From the NCBI RefSeq assembly GCF_015767265.1, contig NZ_JADPIB010000007.1:8307-72306 (forward strand): a stretch of 64,000 nucleotides of DNA. The letters run 5' to 3'. Under the pieces are notes generated by a model. It had not been told where the DNA came from, ran no database searches, and was given only the letters and a program-made list of their open reading frames with translations. The DNA is from Aureivirga marina (GTDB lineage Bacteria > Bacteroidota > Bacteroidia > Flavobacteriales > Flavobacteriaceae). Below, in pieces: positions 46,480-56,727 of the stretch (positions are counted from its first letter, which is position 1; the number at the start of each line of letters is the position of its first letter). A program made the translations under genes and the position numbers.

Positions 46480-48168
46480 TTATTTTAATCTTAATTTAGA
46501 ACCGATAACAATTTTTGTATCCGGTAAATCATTAAGTTCTTTTAGTCTTTCAACTGAAGTACCATATTTTTTGGCAAGAGAGAATAAGGTATCTCCATTA
46601 ATTACTGTATGATAATCTGGGATATCTCCGCTTGCATAATTATCATTTGATTCTTCATAAGTTTCATTAGAATCAGTAGCAACAGCATCATTTCCTTCTG
46701 AGTTAAAGTTCAAGTTTTCATTGATTTTATTGATTTCAACTCTTCTGTTTTTCTTTCTATTTTCAGCTGTATCATTTGGGAATTTAGGTCTTGATTCTCC
46801 ATATCCTTCAGCAAAAAGTCTTTCTGAAGCAACACCTTGTGAAACTAAATATTTTCTTACAGCTTTTGCTCTTCTTTTTGATAAGAACAAGTTGTAATTT
46901 TCAGCTCCCTGATTATCTGTATGACCTTCAATTTTAAATGTCGTTGCAGGATATTCTTTCATCATATCTGCAATTTTATTTAAAACATCATAAGATTCTT
47001 GTGTTAATTCATGGCTGTTTGATTTAAAAGAAATAGCACCAGAATAATTCTCAATTAAGTCTAAAGCATTTTGACTAATTCCTTCTTCTGGACAACCTTC
47101 ATTTTTCTCTAAACCTTTTTCATGAGGACAAGCATCATCTTCATCAAAAATTCCATCATTATCTGAATCTTTGAATTCAGGACAACCACCATTTTCTTCT
47201 AATCCTTGTTTAAACGGACAAGCATCTTGATAATCAGGAACACCATCGTTATCTGTATCAATAGCAACTCCCGAACCATAAACGCGTACACCAGGAGGTG
47301 TTCCAGGTTCTTTATCAAAACGATCCATTACACCATCACCGTCAGAATCTTTATAAGCATCTACGGTAATTTTATTTTTCTTATTCTTTCCTTTTGATGA
47401 ATTTCCTCCATATCCCGCAGATTTTGCATCATACCAAACAGCGCTTCTTTGTTTTTTTCCAAATTTATATACCAAACCTAAGTTTGCAACCATAAATGTT
47501 TCTAAAGCCTGTTTTGTACTAACGACACCATCTAAATTATCATTTAAATGTACATTAACTGTAGGGCGTAATTCGATATCTAGGCTTTTGTTTAAACGGT
47601 ATTTTAAACTTAAACCAGAAGTTACATATGCAGAAGTTACATTCTTAGCTTCCACATCTTCTTCTTCAGTTTTTCCGAAAGAATATTCTAATTCACCTGT
47701 TAAAGAGTTGTATACATCTGTTTCATATTTATGAAAACCTAAACCGAAATATAATGCAGCATTCCAGCGTCTAGGTTTTTTTGAAAATCTTGGGGAAATA
47801 TTACTTAAATTAAGAATTACATTAAATTCTCCACCCATTGATGTTGTTTTAAAACGAAGTCCTTGCGCTTCGTTTTCTGTGTATTTTACATCATGAATTC
47901 CATTAAATGAGTGAGATTCACCTCGGAAAGTCAAATAATTTCCTTTTAATTCAATTCCAAAAGTAGGAGAAAACATTTTGTCAACATATAGATAACCTCC
48001 ATATCCAAAATCAGAAAGCCCTTCTGTATTTAGAGCTTGTATATCACCAAAAATTGCGGTTCCACTTCCTCCAAAACCAACAGACCAAGAGTTATAATCA
48101 TTTTTTTGAGAGTAAGAAGAGATGGTAAACAATGTAGATAAAAATAAAGAGAGTAATAATTTATTCAT
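46480..48168 (-). CDS. OmpA-family outer-membrane protein with TSP3 repeats and a C-terminal LysM domain (paralog 1)
   Basis: Same architecture as 44618..46303: DSDGDGVMDRFD, DTDNDGVPDYQDACP, DSDNDGIFDEDDACP, then OmpA_C and LysM (NGDTLFSLAKKYGTSVERLKELN). Confidence 0.85.
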   Translation of the reverse strand: MNKLLLSLFLSTLFTISSYSQKNDYNSWSVGFGGSGTAIFGDIQALNTEGLSDFGYGGYLYVDKMFSPTFGIELKGNYLTFRGESHSFNGIHDVKYTENEAQGLRFKTTSMGGEFNVILNLSNISPRFSKKPRRWNAALYFGLGFHKYETDVYNSLTGELEYSFGKTEEEDVEAKNVTSAYVTSGLSLKYRLNKSLDIELRPTVNVHLNDNLDGVVSTKQALETFMVANLGLVYKFGKKQRSAVWYDAKSAGYGGNSSKGKNKKNKITVDAYKDSDGDGVMDRFDKEPGTPPGVRVYGSGVAIDTDNDGVPDYQDACPFKQGLEENGGCPEFKDSDNDGIFDEDDACPHEKGLEKNEGCPEEGISQNALDLIENYSGAISFKSNSHELTQESYDVLNKIADMMKEYPATTFKIEGHTDNQGAENYNLFLSKRRAKAVRKYLVSQGVASERLFAEGYGESRPKFPNDTAENRKKNRRVEINKINENLNFNSEGNDAVATDSNETYEESNDNYASGDIPDYHTVINGDTLFSLAKKYGTSVERLKELNDLPDTKIVIGSKLRLK

Positions 48169-48217
48169 AAAGTTTTTGTTTGATTTGAATTACACAAATA
48201 TAATCTTATTTTGGAAT

Positions 48218-49345
48218 CTACAATGAGGTTAATTTTTTTATAATCAAGCTGTAATCATCGGGGTTTGATACAAAATCTAATTCAGAAACATCAATGATAA
48301 TTGTATTCAAATCATTTTCTGTGTGAATGAAATTTGCATAGCCTTTATGAATTTTTTCTAAGTAGCCTGAAGCGATATTTTGCTCATAGTCTCTTCCACG
48401 TTTCTTAATATTTGCCAATAAACGTTCTGTGTTTTGATATAAATATACGTATAGGTCGGGTTTCGTGATTTCTTTATACATAATATCAAAAACTTTTCTA
48501 TATAAACGATATTCTTCTCTTTGTAGTGTAATCTGTGAGAAAATAAGTGATTTAAATATATAATAGTCTGATACTATGAAGTTTTTAAACATGTCAAATT
48601 GTGCCAAATCATCAGATAACTGTTGGTATCTATCCGTTAAGAAAGTCATCTCTGTTTGAAAAGCATATCTGTCTTTGTCTTCATAAAACTTTGGTAAAAA
48701 AGGATTGTCAGCAAATCGTTCTAAAACAATTTTAGCATTAAAATCCTCCGAAATCATTTTGGAAAGTGTTGTTTTTCCAGCCCCAATATTACCCTCAATA
48801 GCAATGTAATTGTATTTATCAGAAAGAGAAACAGGTTTTTCTAATGTAATATCTTCTAATTTTTTAATCTCTGAATTATCCGTACAAGCTAATACACATT
48901 CATTAATTTTTTGTTTTTTGATTGGATGAACAAAATTTGGAACAATTTCCGCCAAAGGAATCAAAACGAATTTTCGATCTAACATTTTTGGATGTGGAAC
49001 AATTAAATCTTTAGAAAAAATTACTTCATCATCAAAAAATAATACATCAATATCAATTGTACGATCTTCATAAGTATCCGAAATTTGATGTACTCTTCCT
49101 AGGTATTTTTCAACCATTTGTGTTTTTTCTAATAATTCTTCTGGATTTAAAGTTGTGTTTACTTTTATACAGATATTATAGAAATCTTCACTGTCAAAAC
49201 CCCATGAAGCTGTTTGGTAAATAGATGAAATAGCAGCGATTGTCCCAATTTTTTGAGAAATTAAATAAATTGCTTGTTGTAAATTTTCTTGTTTATTTCC
49301 TTTGTTTGACCCTAAGGAAAGATATGTTGTTCTCACTATTTTCAT
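48218..49345 (-). CDS. folK: Fusion protein: 6-hydroxymethyl-7,8-dihydropterin pyrophosphokinase (HPPK, N-terminal) plus deoxynucleoside kinase (C-terminal)
   Basis: The N-terminus has HPPK motifs (YLSLGSN, IDIDVLFFDD, IVPHPKMLDRKFVLIPL). From about aa 180 there is a dNK P-loop, IAIEGNIGAGKTT, and ERFADNPFLPKFY. It is a single uninterrupted frame. Confidence 0.75.
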   Translation of the reverse strand: MKIVRTTYLSLGSNKGNKQENLQQAIYLISQKIGTIAAISSIYQTASWGFDSEDFYNICIKVNTTLNPEELLEKTQMVEKYLGRVHQISDTYEDRTIDIDVLFFDDEVIFSKDLIVPHPKMLDRKFVLIPLAEIVPNFVHPIKKQKINECVLACTDNSEIKKLEDITLEKPVSLSDKYNYIAIEGNIGAGKTTLSKMISEDFNAKIVLERFADNPFLPKFYEDKDRYAFQTEMTFLTDRYQQLSDDLAQFDMFKNFIVSDYYIFKSLIFSQITLQREEYRLYRKVFDIMYKEITKPDLYVYLYQNTERLLANIKKRGRDYEQNIASGYLEKIHKGYANFIHTENDLNTIIIDVSELDFVSNPDDYSLIIKKLTSL

Positions 49346-49574
49346 CTTATTTATACTTTTCTTTTCTACTTCTATTCTAATTCAATTGAACTTATGTAAT
49401 TTGAATCAAAAAATCAATTAACTTTATAGTAATTTGTACTTGAAATTCGAACGTACAAAGAAAAGAAAACTTATTGTAAAAGTTTACAATTATCTGCTTA
49501 CTTTGTAACATTTAACTATTTTGACAGACTGATGTCTGTAATAAATGATTTATAAATCAAAAATTAATCTATAC

Positions 49575-51329
49575 ATGAAATTTTTAAGAAATTTAGTAGC
49601 TTCCATTTTAGGTTTTTTTATTGCTGCTGGAATTATTTTTATTTTATTTTTCGCTGTAATATTCTCACTTGATACAAAAGAAAAAGTTGTTGTGAAGACA
49701 AATTCAGTTTTAAAACTTGACTTGTCAAATGCAATCAAAGATTACGCTCCAAAAGAAGACAATCCATTTGAAGAAATTTTAGGTTTAACACCTGATAAAC
49801 TTTCTTTAAACGAAATATTAAACGCAATTGAAAACGCAAAAACAGATCCGAAAATTAAAGGAATTAGTATTGAAACTACTTCTGTAAGTGGAGGAGTTGC
49901 GCAAGTAGAAGCAATTCGTAAAAAATTGATTGAATTTAAAGAAACTGGAAAATTCATCAAAGCTTATTCGGATGTTTATGATCAAAAGAATTACTATTTA
50001 AGTTCTGTTGCCGATTCTGTTTTTGTAAATCCAGTAGGTGGAATGGAATTTATGGGACTTTCTTCTGAAGTTCTTTTCTATAAAGATTTTGAAGATAAAT
50101 ATGGAATTAAAATGGAAGTGATTCGCCATGGAAAATATAAAAGTGCTGTAGAGCCTTATATCGCAAATAAAATGAGTGATGCGAATCGTGAACAAATTAC
50201 TTCTTTCTTAAAAGCAATCTGGAAAGATATGTTAGAAGATATTTCTGAAAGTAGAAATATTTCGATGGATAAATTAAATGAAATTGCAGATAATTTATTA
50301 GCTAGAAATCCTGAATTAGCGAAGGAAAATAAATTAATTGATGGAATTATTTATAAAGATACTTATATCGATAATTTAAAAGTGGAAGTTGGAACAGATT
50401 CTACAGAGTCTTTAAACCAAATTTCTTTAGCGAAATATATTAAATCAGGAAAAGGAAAAATCGTTAAAACTGCAAAAGATAAAGTTGCTGTAATTTATGC
50501 ACAAGGTGAAATTATCTATGGAGAAGGAGACGAAAATAAAATTGGACAAGAATTAATCAATAAAGCTTTAAGAAAAGCTAGAAAAGATAAAAATGTAAAA
50601 GCAATTGTTTTACGTGTAAATTCTCCTGGAGGAAGTGCTTTGGCTTCAGATATTATGTGGAGAGAACTTGAATTGACGAAAAAAGAAAAGCCAGTTGTTG
50701 TTTCTATGGGGAATGTTGCTGCATCTGGAGGTTATTATATTTCTTGTAATGCAGATTATATTTTTGCAGAACCAACTACAATTACTGGATCTATTGGAGT
50801 TTTTGGAGCAGTTCCAAATGTTAGTGAATTTGCAAATAGAATCGGAATTAATGCCGAACAAGTTTCTACAAACAAAACAAAACCTTATAGTTTATTCGAA
50901 CCAATGTCAGAAGATTTCTACAATGTAACAAAAGAAGGAATCGAGACAATTTATAAAACATTTGTAAATAGAGTAGCAGAAGGAAGAAAAATGACTTTCG
51001 AGCAAGTTAATGAAATTGCACAAGGAAGAGTTTGGTCTGGATCAGAAGCAAAAGCAAATGGATTAGTTGATGAATTGGGAGGATTGGAAAAAGCAATTAA
51101 AAAAGCTGCGGAATTAGGAGAAGTTTCGGATTATAGAATTGCAAATTATCCAAAATATAAAATTGATTTTAAAAAATCATTACAATTAAATCCTTTTATG
51201 AGTTCTAAAGAATCTATCTTAAAAGAAGAACTAGGAGAAGCTAATTATACAATATATAAGAACATAAAAGAGCTATCTTCGATGAAAGGAATTCAAGCAA
51301 GATTACCTTTTTTAATGGAAATTAAATAA
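49575..51329 (+). CDS. sppA: Signal peptide peptidase SppA (protease IV, 67K type)
   Basis: N-terminal TM helix and two ClpP/crotonase-like halves. The catalytic region is VVVSMGNVAASGGYYIS. Confidence 0.85.
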   Translation: MKFLRNLVASILGFFIAAGIIFILFFAVIFSLDTKEKVVVKTNSVLKLDLSNAIKDYAPKEDNPFEEILGLTPDKLSLNEILNAIENAKTDPKIKGISIETTSVSGGVAQVEAIRKKLIEFKETGKFIKAYSDVYDQKNYYLSSVADSVFVNPVGGMEFMGLSSEVLFYKDFEDKYGIKMEVIRHGKYKSAVEPYIANKMSDANREQITSFLKAIWKDMLEDISESRNISMDKLNEIADNLLARNPELAKENKLIDGIIYKDTYIDNLKVEVGTDSTESLNQISLAKYIKSGKGKIVKTAKDKVAVIYAQGEIIYGEGDENKIGQELINKALRKARKDKNVKAIVLRVNSPGGSALASDIMWRELELTKKEKPVVVSMGNVAASGGYYISCNADYIFAEPTTITGSIGVFGAVPNVSEFANRIGINAEQVSTNKTKPYSLFEPMSEDFYNVTKEGIETIYKTFVNRVAEGRKMTFEQVNEIAQGRVWSGSEAKANGLVDELGGLEKAIKKAAELGEVSDYRIANYPKYKIDFKKSLQLNPFMSSKESILKEELGEANYTIYKNIKELSSMKGIQARLPFLMEIK

Positions 51330-51336
51330 GAAATAA

Positions 51337-51372
51337 AAAAGCTGTCAAATTTTACTATTGACAGCTTTTTTT
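51337..51372. terminator. Bidirectional terminator between convergent genes
   Basis: Perfect stem AAGCTGTCAA/TTGACAGCTT with an A-run and a T-run. Confidence 0.65.
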
Positions 51373-51418
51373 AGAACATTGAAATTTGAAAAATAACTGA
51401 TTAATGGAGAAGCAATGA

Positions 51419-51970
51419 TTAATTTGCCTCCGTCAATTGTAAGTCCTCCGCTACTGGGAAGTCAATTGCAAATCCAGTTAAATTGTGAATATAATTACTG
51501 ATAATTTTATCTCCTATGATAATGACAACATCAATCATATTTGCTTCTGTATAACCAGCGTTGAAAAATGCTTCTTTTTCTTCTTCAGATGCTCTTCCGC
51601 GATTAATTGCTACAGATTTAGTGAATTTTACCAAAGCATCAATTTTTGTGTCAAATGATGCATTTCCTGAACGTAATTCTAATACTTGTTCATCCGAAAA
51701 TCCGTTCATTTTCCCTAAAACCGTATGTGCTGATAAACAATATTTACAGTTGTTAACCTGACTTACAATCAAATTAACTACTTCTCTTTCTTTTGCTTTT
51801 AATGTTGATTTTCTGTTTTGAAGATTTAAATAATCTCCTAAAGCAGTGTCATTTTTTGCATAAAATGCATATAAATTTGGTACAAAACCTAATGCTTTTT
51901 CTAAGTTGTCAAAAATCGCTTGATTGTTTTCTGATACTTGATCTTTTGTTGGTATTGAAAATCTTTCCAT
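51419..51970 (-). CDS. Carboxymuconolactone decarboxylase / AhpD-like family protein
   Basis: NNCKYCLSAHT is the AhpD-type CxxC...H motif. Confidence 0.7.
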   Translation of the reverse strand: MERFSIPTKDQVSENNQAIFDNLEKALGFVPNLYAFYAKNDTALGDYLNLQNRKSTLKAKEREVVNLIVSQVNNCKYCLSAHTVLGKMNGFSDEQVLELRSGNASFDTKIDALVKFTKSVAINRGRASEEEKEAFFNAGYTEANMIDVVIIIGDKIISNYIHNLTGFAIDFPVAEDLQLTEAN

Positions 51971-52087
51971 AATTCGTTCTTTTGTTTATTACTTGTTTAA
52001 CATTACATTGCAAAGATGCGACAAGAACAAAAGGTGGAAATAGGCAAAAATTCCCTATGTGTTAACCGTTTTTCCTTTTAGGTATTT

Positions 52088-52924
52088 TTAAAGAGCAGAT
52101 TCATACTTTTCTTTATACTGAAGCGGTGAAATTCCTTCTTGTTTTTTGAAAAATCGACTAAATGATTGTACATCATTATAACCAATTTCATATGCGATTT
52201 CTTTTATTTGCATTGAAGTGTGAGATAAAAGACGTTTCGCTTCCAAAACTCTTCTTTCTTGAATAATTTGTAAAGGTTTTTTTACGCCAGATTTTAAAAA
52301 ATAATTGGTTAATGTTTTTGGCGATTTATGAAGCATTTTCGCATATTCGGATACAGAATGAATTTTTTTATAATTACTTTCGACTAAATAATTAAATTCT
52401 CGAACAATATCTAATTTAGAATTTTCAACTTGCTCCATTTGATTTGCTTCTTTATAAAAACGTGTACATAGAATCAAAGTTCTTTTTAACATCATTTGAA
52501 GCATTTCCATTTGAAGTTCATCTTTTGAAAACATTTCCATTTCAAACATTTTCATTAATGTTTCGAACTTTTCCAATTCTTCTGCTGGCAAATGCATAAT
52601 TGGAAGTCGAGAATTTCCATAAAACAAAATTCCTTTACAACCAACTGTAGAATCATGATCCACGATACAATAAAAATCACGATTAAAACGAATCATTTTT
52701 GCATGAGAAATTTGATGAATAATCACCTTATGATATTCCGTAAGAAAAACAATATCATTTTCTTGAAAAATATATTTTTGGTTATCTATCGAAATTTCTG
52801 ATTTTCCTTTTGTAAACCAAATAAGCGTTAATGAACTTTCAATATTTTCCTTGATGAAATGACAATTTTTTGAAGTAATATCTTCAATTCTTAAATATTC
52901 ATTTTTTTTACCTTGAAATAACAT
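52088..52924 (-). CDS. AraC-family transcriptional regulator
   Basis: C-terminal double HTH (YAKMLHKSPKTLTNYF, EIAYEIGYNDVQSFSRFFKK). The N-terminal 22 aa of the ORF-track are rejected and the start is placed at the Met that gives MLFQGKK. Confidence 0.7.
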   Translation of the reverse strand: MLFQGKKNEYLRIEDITSKNCHFIKENIESSLTLIWFTKGKSEISIDNQKYIFQENDIVFLTEYHKVIIHQISHAKMIRFNRDFYCIVDHDSTVGCKGILFYGNSRLPIMHLPAEELEKFETLMKMFEMEMFSKDELQMEMLQMMLKRTLILCTRFYKEANQMEQVENSKLDIVREFNYLVESNYKKIHSVSEYAKMLHKSPKTLTNYFLKSGVKKPLQIIQERRVLEAKRLLSHTSMQIKEIAYEIGYNDVQSFSRFFKKQEGISPLQYKEKYESAL

Positions 52925-53025
52925 AAAACTCGTTTTTATTAAAAGTAGATGATTTGTAGAATATCTTACAAAATAAGCATAAAAAAACATATTGATATTT
53001 TTCGATATGTTTTTATCTTTGCAAA

Positions 53026-53334
53026 ATGAAAATAGATATAATTGAAATAAACAAAGTACTTTCTAATGAGATTCGTTTGCGAATTTTACAAATGCTTAAA
53101 GAACCGGAAAAACATTTTCCACCACATGAAGATTTAGGTCATTTTGATGATGGTGTTTGTGTGCAATACATTCGAAAGAAAGTTGGTTTGTCACAATCTA
53201 CTATTTCTCATTATTTATCCATGATGCATAAAGTAGATTTGGTTGTTCCAACACGACATGGAAAATGGACATATTATAAGAGAAAAGAAGAAACAGTTCA
53301 AGAATATCTTCAAACAATTAAGTACGAATTATAA
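53026..53334 (+). CDS. ArsR/SmtB-like winged-helix transcriptional regulator
   Basis: 102 aa, SNEIRLRILQML ... VGLSQSTISHYLSMM, an HTH signature. Confidence 0.6.
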   Translation: MKIDIIEINKVLSNEIRLRILQMLKEPEKHFPPHEDLGHFDDGVCVQYIRKKVGLSQSTISHYLSMMHKVDLVVPTRHGKWTYYKRKEETVQEYLQTIKYEL

Positions 53335-53442
53335 AATATAAAAGCTATAAGATTATTTATGAAATAATTTAAATAGCTTCTTTTTTAAATAAACATATCT
53401 ATAATTTTCGATTTATAGATATGAAAAACAAATATAGATAAA

Positions 53443-54402
53443 ATGAAAGCATTGACATTTTCCAAATTTGGAAATCCAGAAGTTTTAAAATATAAAGAAA
53501 TAGCAAAACCTAATTTGATTGAAAATTCTGTTTTAGTAAAGACAAAAGCAATAGGATTAAATTATGCTGATATTTATAGGAGGAAAGGAAATTATCATTT
53601 AAAAGGAAATCCGCCATTTATTGTAGGATATGAAGGAGCAGGAATTATTGAAGAATCTAATTGTAATAAATACAAAATTGGAGATAGAATTGCTTTTGTT
53701 GATGTTCCTTTTTCGAATGCAGAATATGTTTTGGTTCCAGAAGAACATATTATTCCATTGCCAGATTATATTTCTTTTGAATTAGCTTCTTCTGTTTTAT
53801 TACAAGGTTTAACTGCTGATTATTTAGTAAATGATAGTTATAATGTTTCTGAAAATGATATTGTATTAATTCATGCAGCTTCTGGAGGTGTTGGACAATT
53901 TTTAACGCAATTGTGTAAAAACAAAAATGCAATTGTTTTTGGTTTAACTAGAAATGAAACAAAACTTAAAACAATTTTAGATTCAGGTGCAGACAAAGCG
54001 ATTCTTTTAAATGCACACTGGAAATCATCTGTTTTGGAATTAACAAAAGGAAACGGTGTATCTGTTGTTTATGATAGTGTTGGGAAAACACTTCAAGATA
54101 GTTTTGAAATAACACAGGAAAAAGGAACTGTAGTTTTTTACGGGATGAGTGGAGGTGATCCAGAATTTGTAAATCCGAGAATGTTAATGGATACAAGTAA
54201 AACTTTAGTTGGAGGAGATTTATGGAGTTATTTAAAAACAGGAGAAGAAAGAAGAAAAAGAGCAAACGAACTTTTTAAAATGTTGTATGAAAAAAAAGTG
54301 CAAATTAAAGAACCAACGAAATTTAAATTGAGTGAAGGAAAGTTAGCACATGAATATTTGGAAAGTGGAAAAAGTTCAAATAAGATTTTATTGATTCCAT
54401 AA
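53443..54402 (+). CDS. Zn-independent medium-chain dehydrogenase / NADPH:quinone oxidoreductase
   Basis: 319 aa with an MDR fold and a Rossmann motif AASGGVGQ. Confidence 0.8.
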   Translation: MKALTFSKFGNPEVLKYKEIAKPNLIENSVLVKTKAIGLNYADIYRRKGNYHLKGNPPFIVGYEGAGIIEESNCNKYKIGDRIAFVDVPFSNAEYVLVPEEHIIPLPDYISFELASSVLLQGLTADYLVNDSYNVSENDIVLIHAASGGVGQFLTQLCKNKNAIVFGLTRNETKLKTILDSGADKAILLNAHWKSSVLELTKGNGVSVVYDSVGKTLQDSFEITQEKGTVVFYGMSGGDPEFVNPRMLMDTSKTLVGGDLWSYLKTGEERRKRANELFKMLYEKKVQIKEPTKFKLSEGKLAHEYLESGKSSNKILLIP

Positions 54403-54438
54403 AAAAAAGAGGTAAAATTAATTACCTCTTTTTTTTAT
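54401..54438. terminator. Bidirectional terminator
   Basis: AGAGGTAA and TTACCTCT form a stem between an A8 run and a T9 run. Confidence 0.65.
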
Positions 54439-55145
54439 TTTTTCATTTTAGAATAATCAATTGCTTTATAAATTTCTTTTGCAATTGCTTCCATTCCTTC
54501 GTCAGACGGATGTCGAGCAACAAAGTAGTTTTCGAATTCATCGTATGCATAATTGATAGAGTCTTTAGCAATTGGATTTATATTCACAAAACTATGACCC
54601 CTATCTAAAGTTACTTTTTCCTGAATACTATCTTTGAATTCTGCAATCCAAAAATTATTTGTAATGACTAATTGATTTGGATTTTTATTTTCAAAATGTT
54701 GAATTAATTTTTCAAATTCTGCATAGTAATTTTCTGAATGACCTGCATTTTCACCTAATCTTAAAACAATTAAATCTGTATCAAAATTTTCAAACATAGT
54801 ATCTCTTTTACTTAAATCCCAATTAAAATTATGTTCCCAAGGAACAACATTATAAATTTTGAAATTTACATCAATTTGATCTTGTTTTAATTTGTTAACT
54901 AAAACATGAACGTAATCATTGTTGATATTTGTTGCTGCCATTCCATAATTTCCATTCCATCCAATATATGGTGCAGTTCCAGTTTTTGTTATAGAATTTC
55001 CAACGAACATAATGTTCATTTTTTGTGGTGGATTATTTTTAGAACCAATATAAGTTCCATTTTCATCATACTTTATTTGATTATCATCTTTTTTATCACA
55101 AGAAAATAAAAGTAAAATAAGAGATGTAAAAAATAATTTTTTCAT
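54435..55145 (-). CDS. SGNH/GDSL-family hydrolase lipoprotein
   Basis: Lipobox LFSC and a GDS-like block MFVGNSIT. Confidence 0.65.
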   Translation of the reverse strand: MKKLFFTSLILLLFSCDKKDDNQIKYDENGTYIGSKNNPPQKMNIMFVGNSITKTGTAPYIGWNGNYGMAATNINNDYVHVLVNKLKQDQIDVNFKIYNVVPWEHNFNWDLSKRDTMFENFDTDLIVLRLGENAGHSENYYAEFEKLIQHFENKNPNQLVITNNFWIAEFKDSIQEKVTLDRGHSFVNINPIAKDSINYAYDEFENYFVARHPSDEGMEAIAKEIYKAIDYSKMKK

Positions 55146-55239
55146 GTTTTAAAATTTTTTCAAAAATAGTAATATTTAACTATCCTTAAAGTAAATGTTT
55201 AGAATATTTAGTAAATTCAATAAAGAAAAAAAAGTAAAA

Positions 55240-55842
55240 ATGAAAATACTAATCATAGGAGGAACAGGGACAATCGGACGAAAAGTTTCTGCACATTTTA
55301 TAGCAACAGATGAGGTGATTGTAGTTGGAAGAACAACACCAACAATTTCTGTCGACATTACGAATATCAATTCTATTAAAGAAATGTTTAAAAAAATAGG
55401 AAAAATAGATGCTATTATATCTATCGTTGGAGAAGCAAAATGGGCTCCTTTGAATGATCTTACAGAAGAAGATTTCTATATTGGAATTAAAAGTAAATTG
55501 ATGGGACAAGTAAATATTGTCAGAATCGGAAAAGAATACTTAAATAAAAATGGATCTATTACTTTGACAACTGGAGTTTTAGCAGATGATCCTGTTTATA
55601 TGACAACTGCTGCTGCAATGGTAAATGGTGGAATTCATAGTTTTGTGTTGGCAACAGCTTTAGAATTGGAAAATGATTGTAGAATAAATGTTGTTTCGCC
55701 AGATTTTGTGGAAGATGCTTATGAAAAATACAAAGATTTCTTTCCAGGTCATAATTGCATTCCTATGCGAAAAGTGATCAATGCTTATGTAAGAAGTGTA
55801 AAAGGAAGAGTAAACGGTGAAATTATAAGAGTTTATGAATAA
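55240..55842 (+). CDS. NAD(P)-binding short-chain dehydrogenase/reductase-like protein
   Basis: MKILIIGGTGTIGRKV is a Rossmann fold motif. The ORF-track 5' extension from 55195 is rejected. Confidence 0.7.
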   Translation: MKILIIGGTGTIGRKVSAHFIATDEVIVVGRTTPTISVDITNINSIKEMFKKIGKIDAIISIVGEAKWAPLNDLTEEDFYIGIKSKLMGQVNIVRIGKEYLNKNGSITLTTGVLADDPVYMTTAAAMVNGGIHSFVLATALELENDCRINVVSPDFVEDAYEKYKDFFPGHNCIPMRKVINAYVRSVKGRVNGEIIRVYE

Positions 55843-55872
55843 AAAGGAAGATAAATATTTATCTTCCTTTTA
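55841..55872. terminator. Bidirectional terminator
   Basis: Perfect palindrome GGAAGATAAATATTTATCTTCC followed by TTTT. Confidence 0.6.
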
Positions 55873-55888
55873 TTTATTTCTTAAGATT

Positions 55889-56626
55889 TTATTTCATTAA
55901 TTGATATTCATATAAACGATTTTCTGCATCGCTTACAATATAAACAGTTCCTTTTTTTGAAATAACAATTCCTTCTGCTTGATGGATTTCAATAGGCAAT
56001 TCTTCTATTAATTCACCTTCTTTTGAAAGGTGAATAACAACATTTGATTCATCACTAACAATCCAAAAAGAATTATCTTTATCGCAGAAAATCCCAGAAA
56101 CATCTTTTGTAAAAGGTAATTTCATCGTATTTTCTACATTTCCTTTTGTAGAAACTTGTAAAAGCTGTTTCGGACTTTTTTCATTTAATATATAAAGAAA
56201 ATTATCATTTGGATTAAAACAAATTCCTTCTAAACCACTGTTTTTATGTTTTTGTTTTCCAGAAATTTTATGTTTTTCAACAATTTTTCCTTCCATATTT
56301 ACAGCATATAATTTTCTTTTATTTTCACTTATAATCCAAAAAAGATTTTCTTTAGAATCATATGTAATTCCTTCTAAATCGATAATATCCAATTCGATTG
56401 TTGAAAGAACATCACCAGCCAAAGTTGTTTCATAAATCGCTCCATCATTATCACTTACAATAAATAAGGTGTTTTCACTTTCTGAAATAGAAATTCCAGA
56501 AGGTTCTTTGATTTCTAAATCGTGAACTTCTATTAATTTCAATTTATTTTGGGCTGTTGAATTGCAAGAAATTGAAATAAAAGACAAAAAAAGAATACTG
56601 ATAAAAAAAGTATAAAATCGTTTCAT
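55889..56626 (-). CDS. SdiA-regulated-domain / YjiK-like beta-propeller lipoprotein
   Basis: Lipobox ISC and repeated blades (IVSDNDGAIYE, IISENKRKLY, IVSDESNVVIHL, IVSDAENRLYEY). Confidence 0.5.
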   Translation of the reverse strand: MKRFYTFFISILFLSFISISCNSTAQNKLKLIEVHDLEIKEPSGISISESENTLFIVSDNDGAIYETTLAGDVLSTIELDIIDLEGITYDSKENLFWIISENKRKLYAVNMEGKIVEKHKISGKQKHKNSGLEGICFNPNDNFLYILNEKSPKQLLQVSTKGNVENTMKLPFTKDVSGIFCDKDNSFWIVSDESNVVIHLSKEGELIEELPIEIHQAEGIVISKKGTVYIVSDAENRLYEYQLMK

Positions 56627-56689
56627 AAATTTGATTTCGTTTGTAAATACAAATTAATAAATATCTAGAAATGTTTTCAAAAAACTATA

Positions 56690-56716
56690 TAAAAAAAGCT
56701 ACCTTTTAGGTAGCTT
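56690..56716 (-). terminator. Rho-independent terminator of dusB (minus strand)
   Basis: AGCTACC and GGTAGCT form a stem, with an A-run on the + strand. Confidence 0.55.
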
Positions 56717-56727
56717 CCGAAATATTT

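Noticed and set aside
53750-54265. Two minus-strand ORFs of 60 and 99 aa
   Set aside because: Both lie antisense within the quinone oxidoreductase gene. Spurious.
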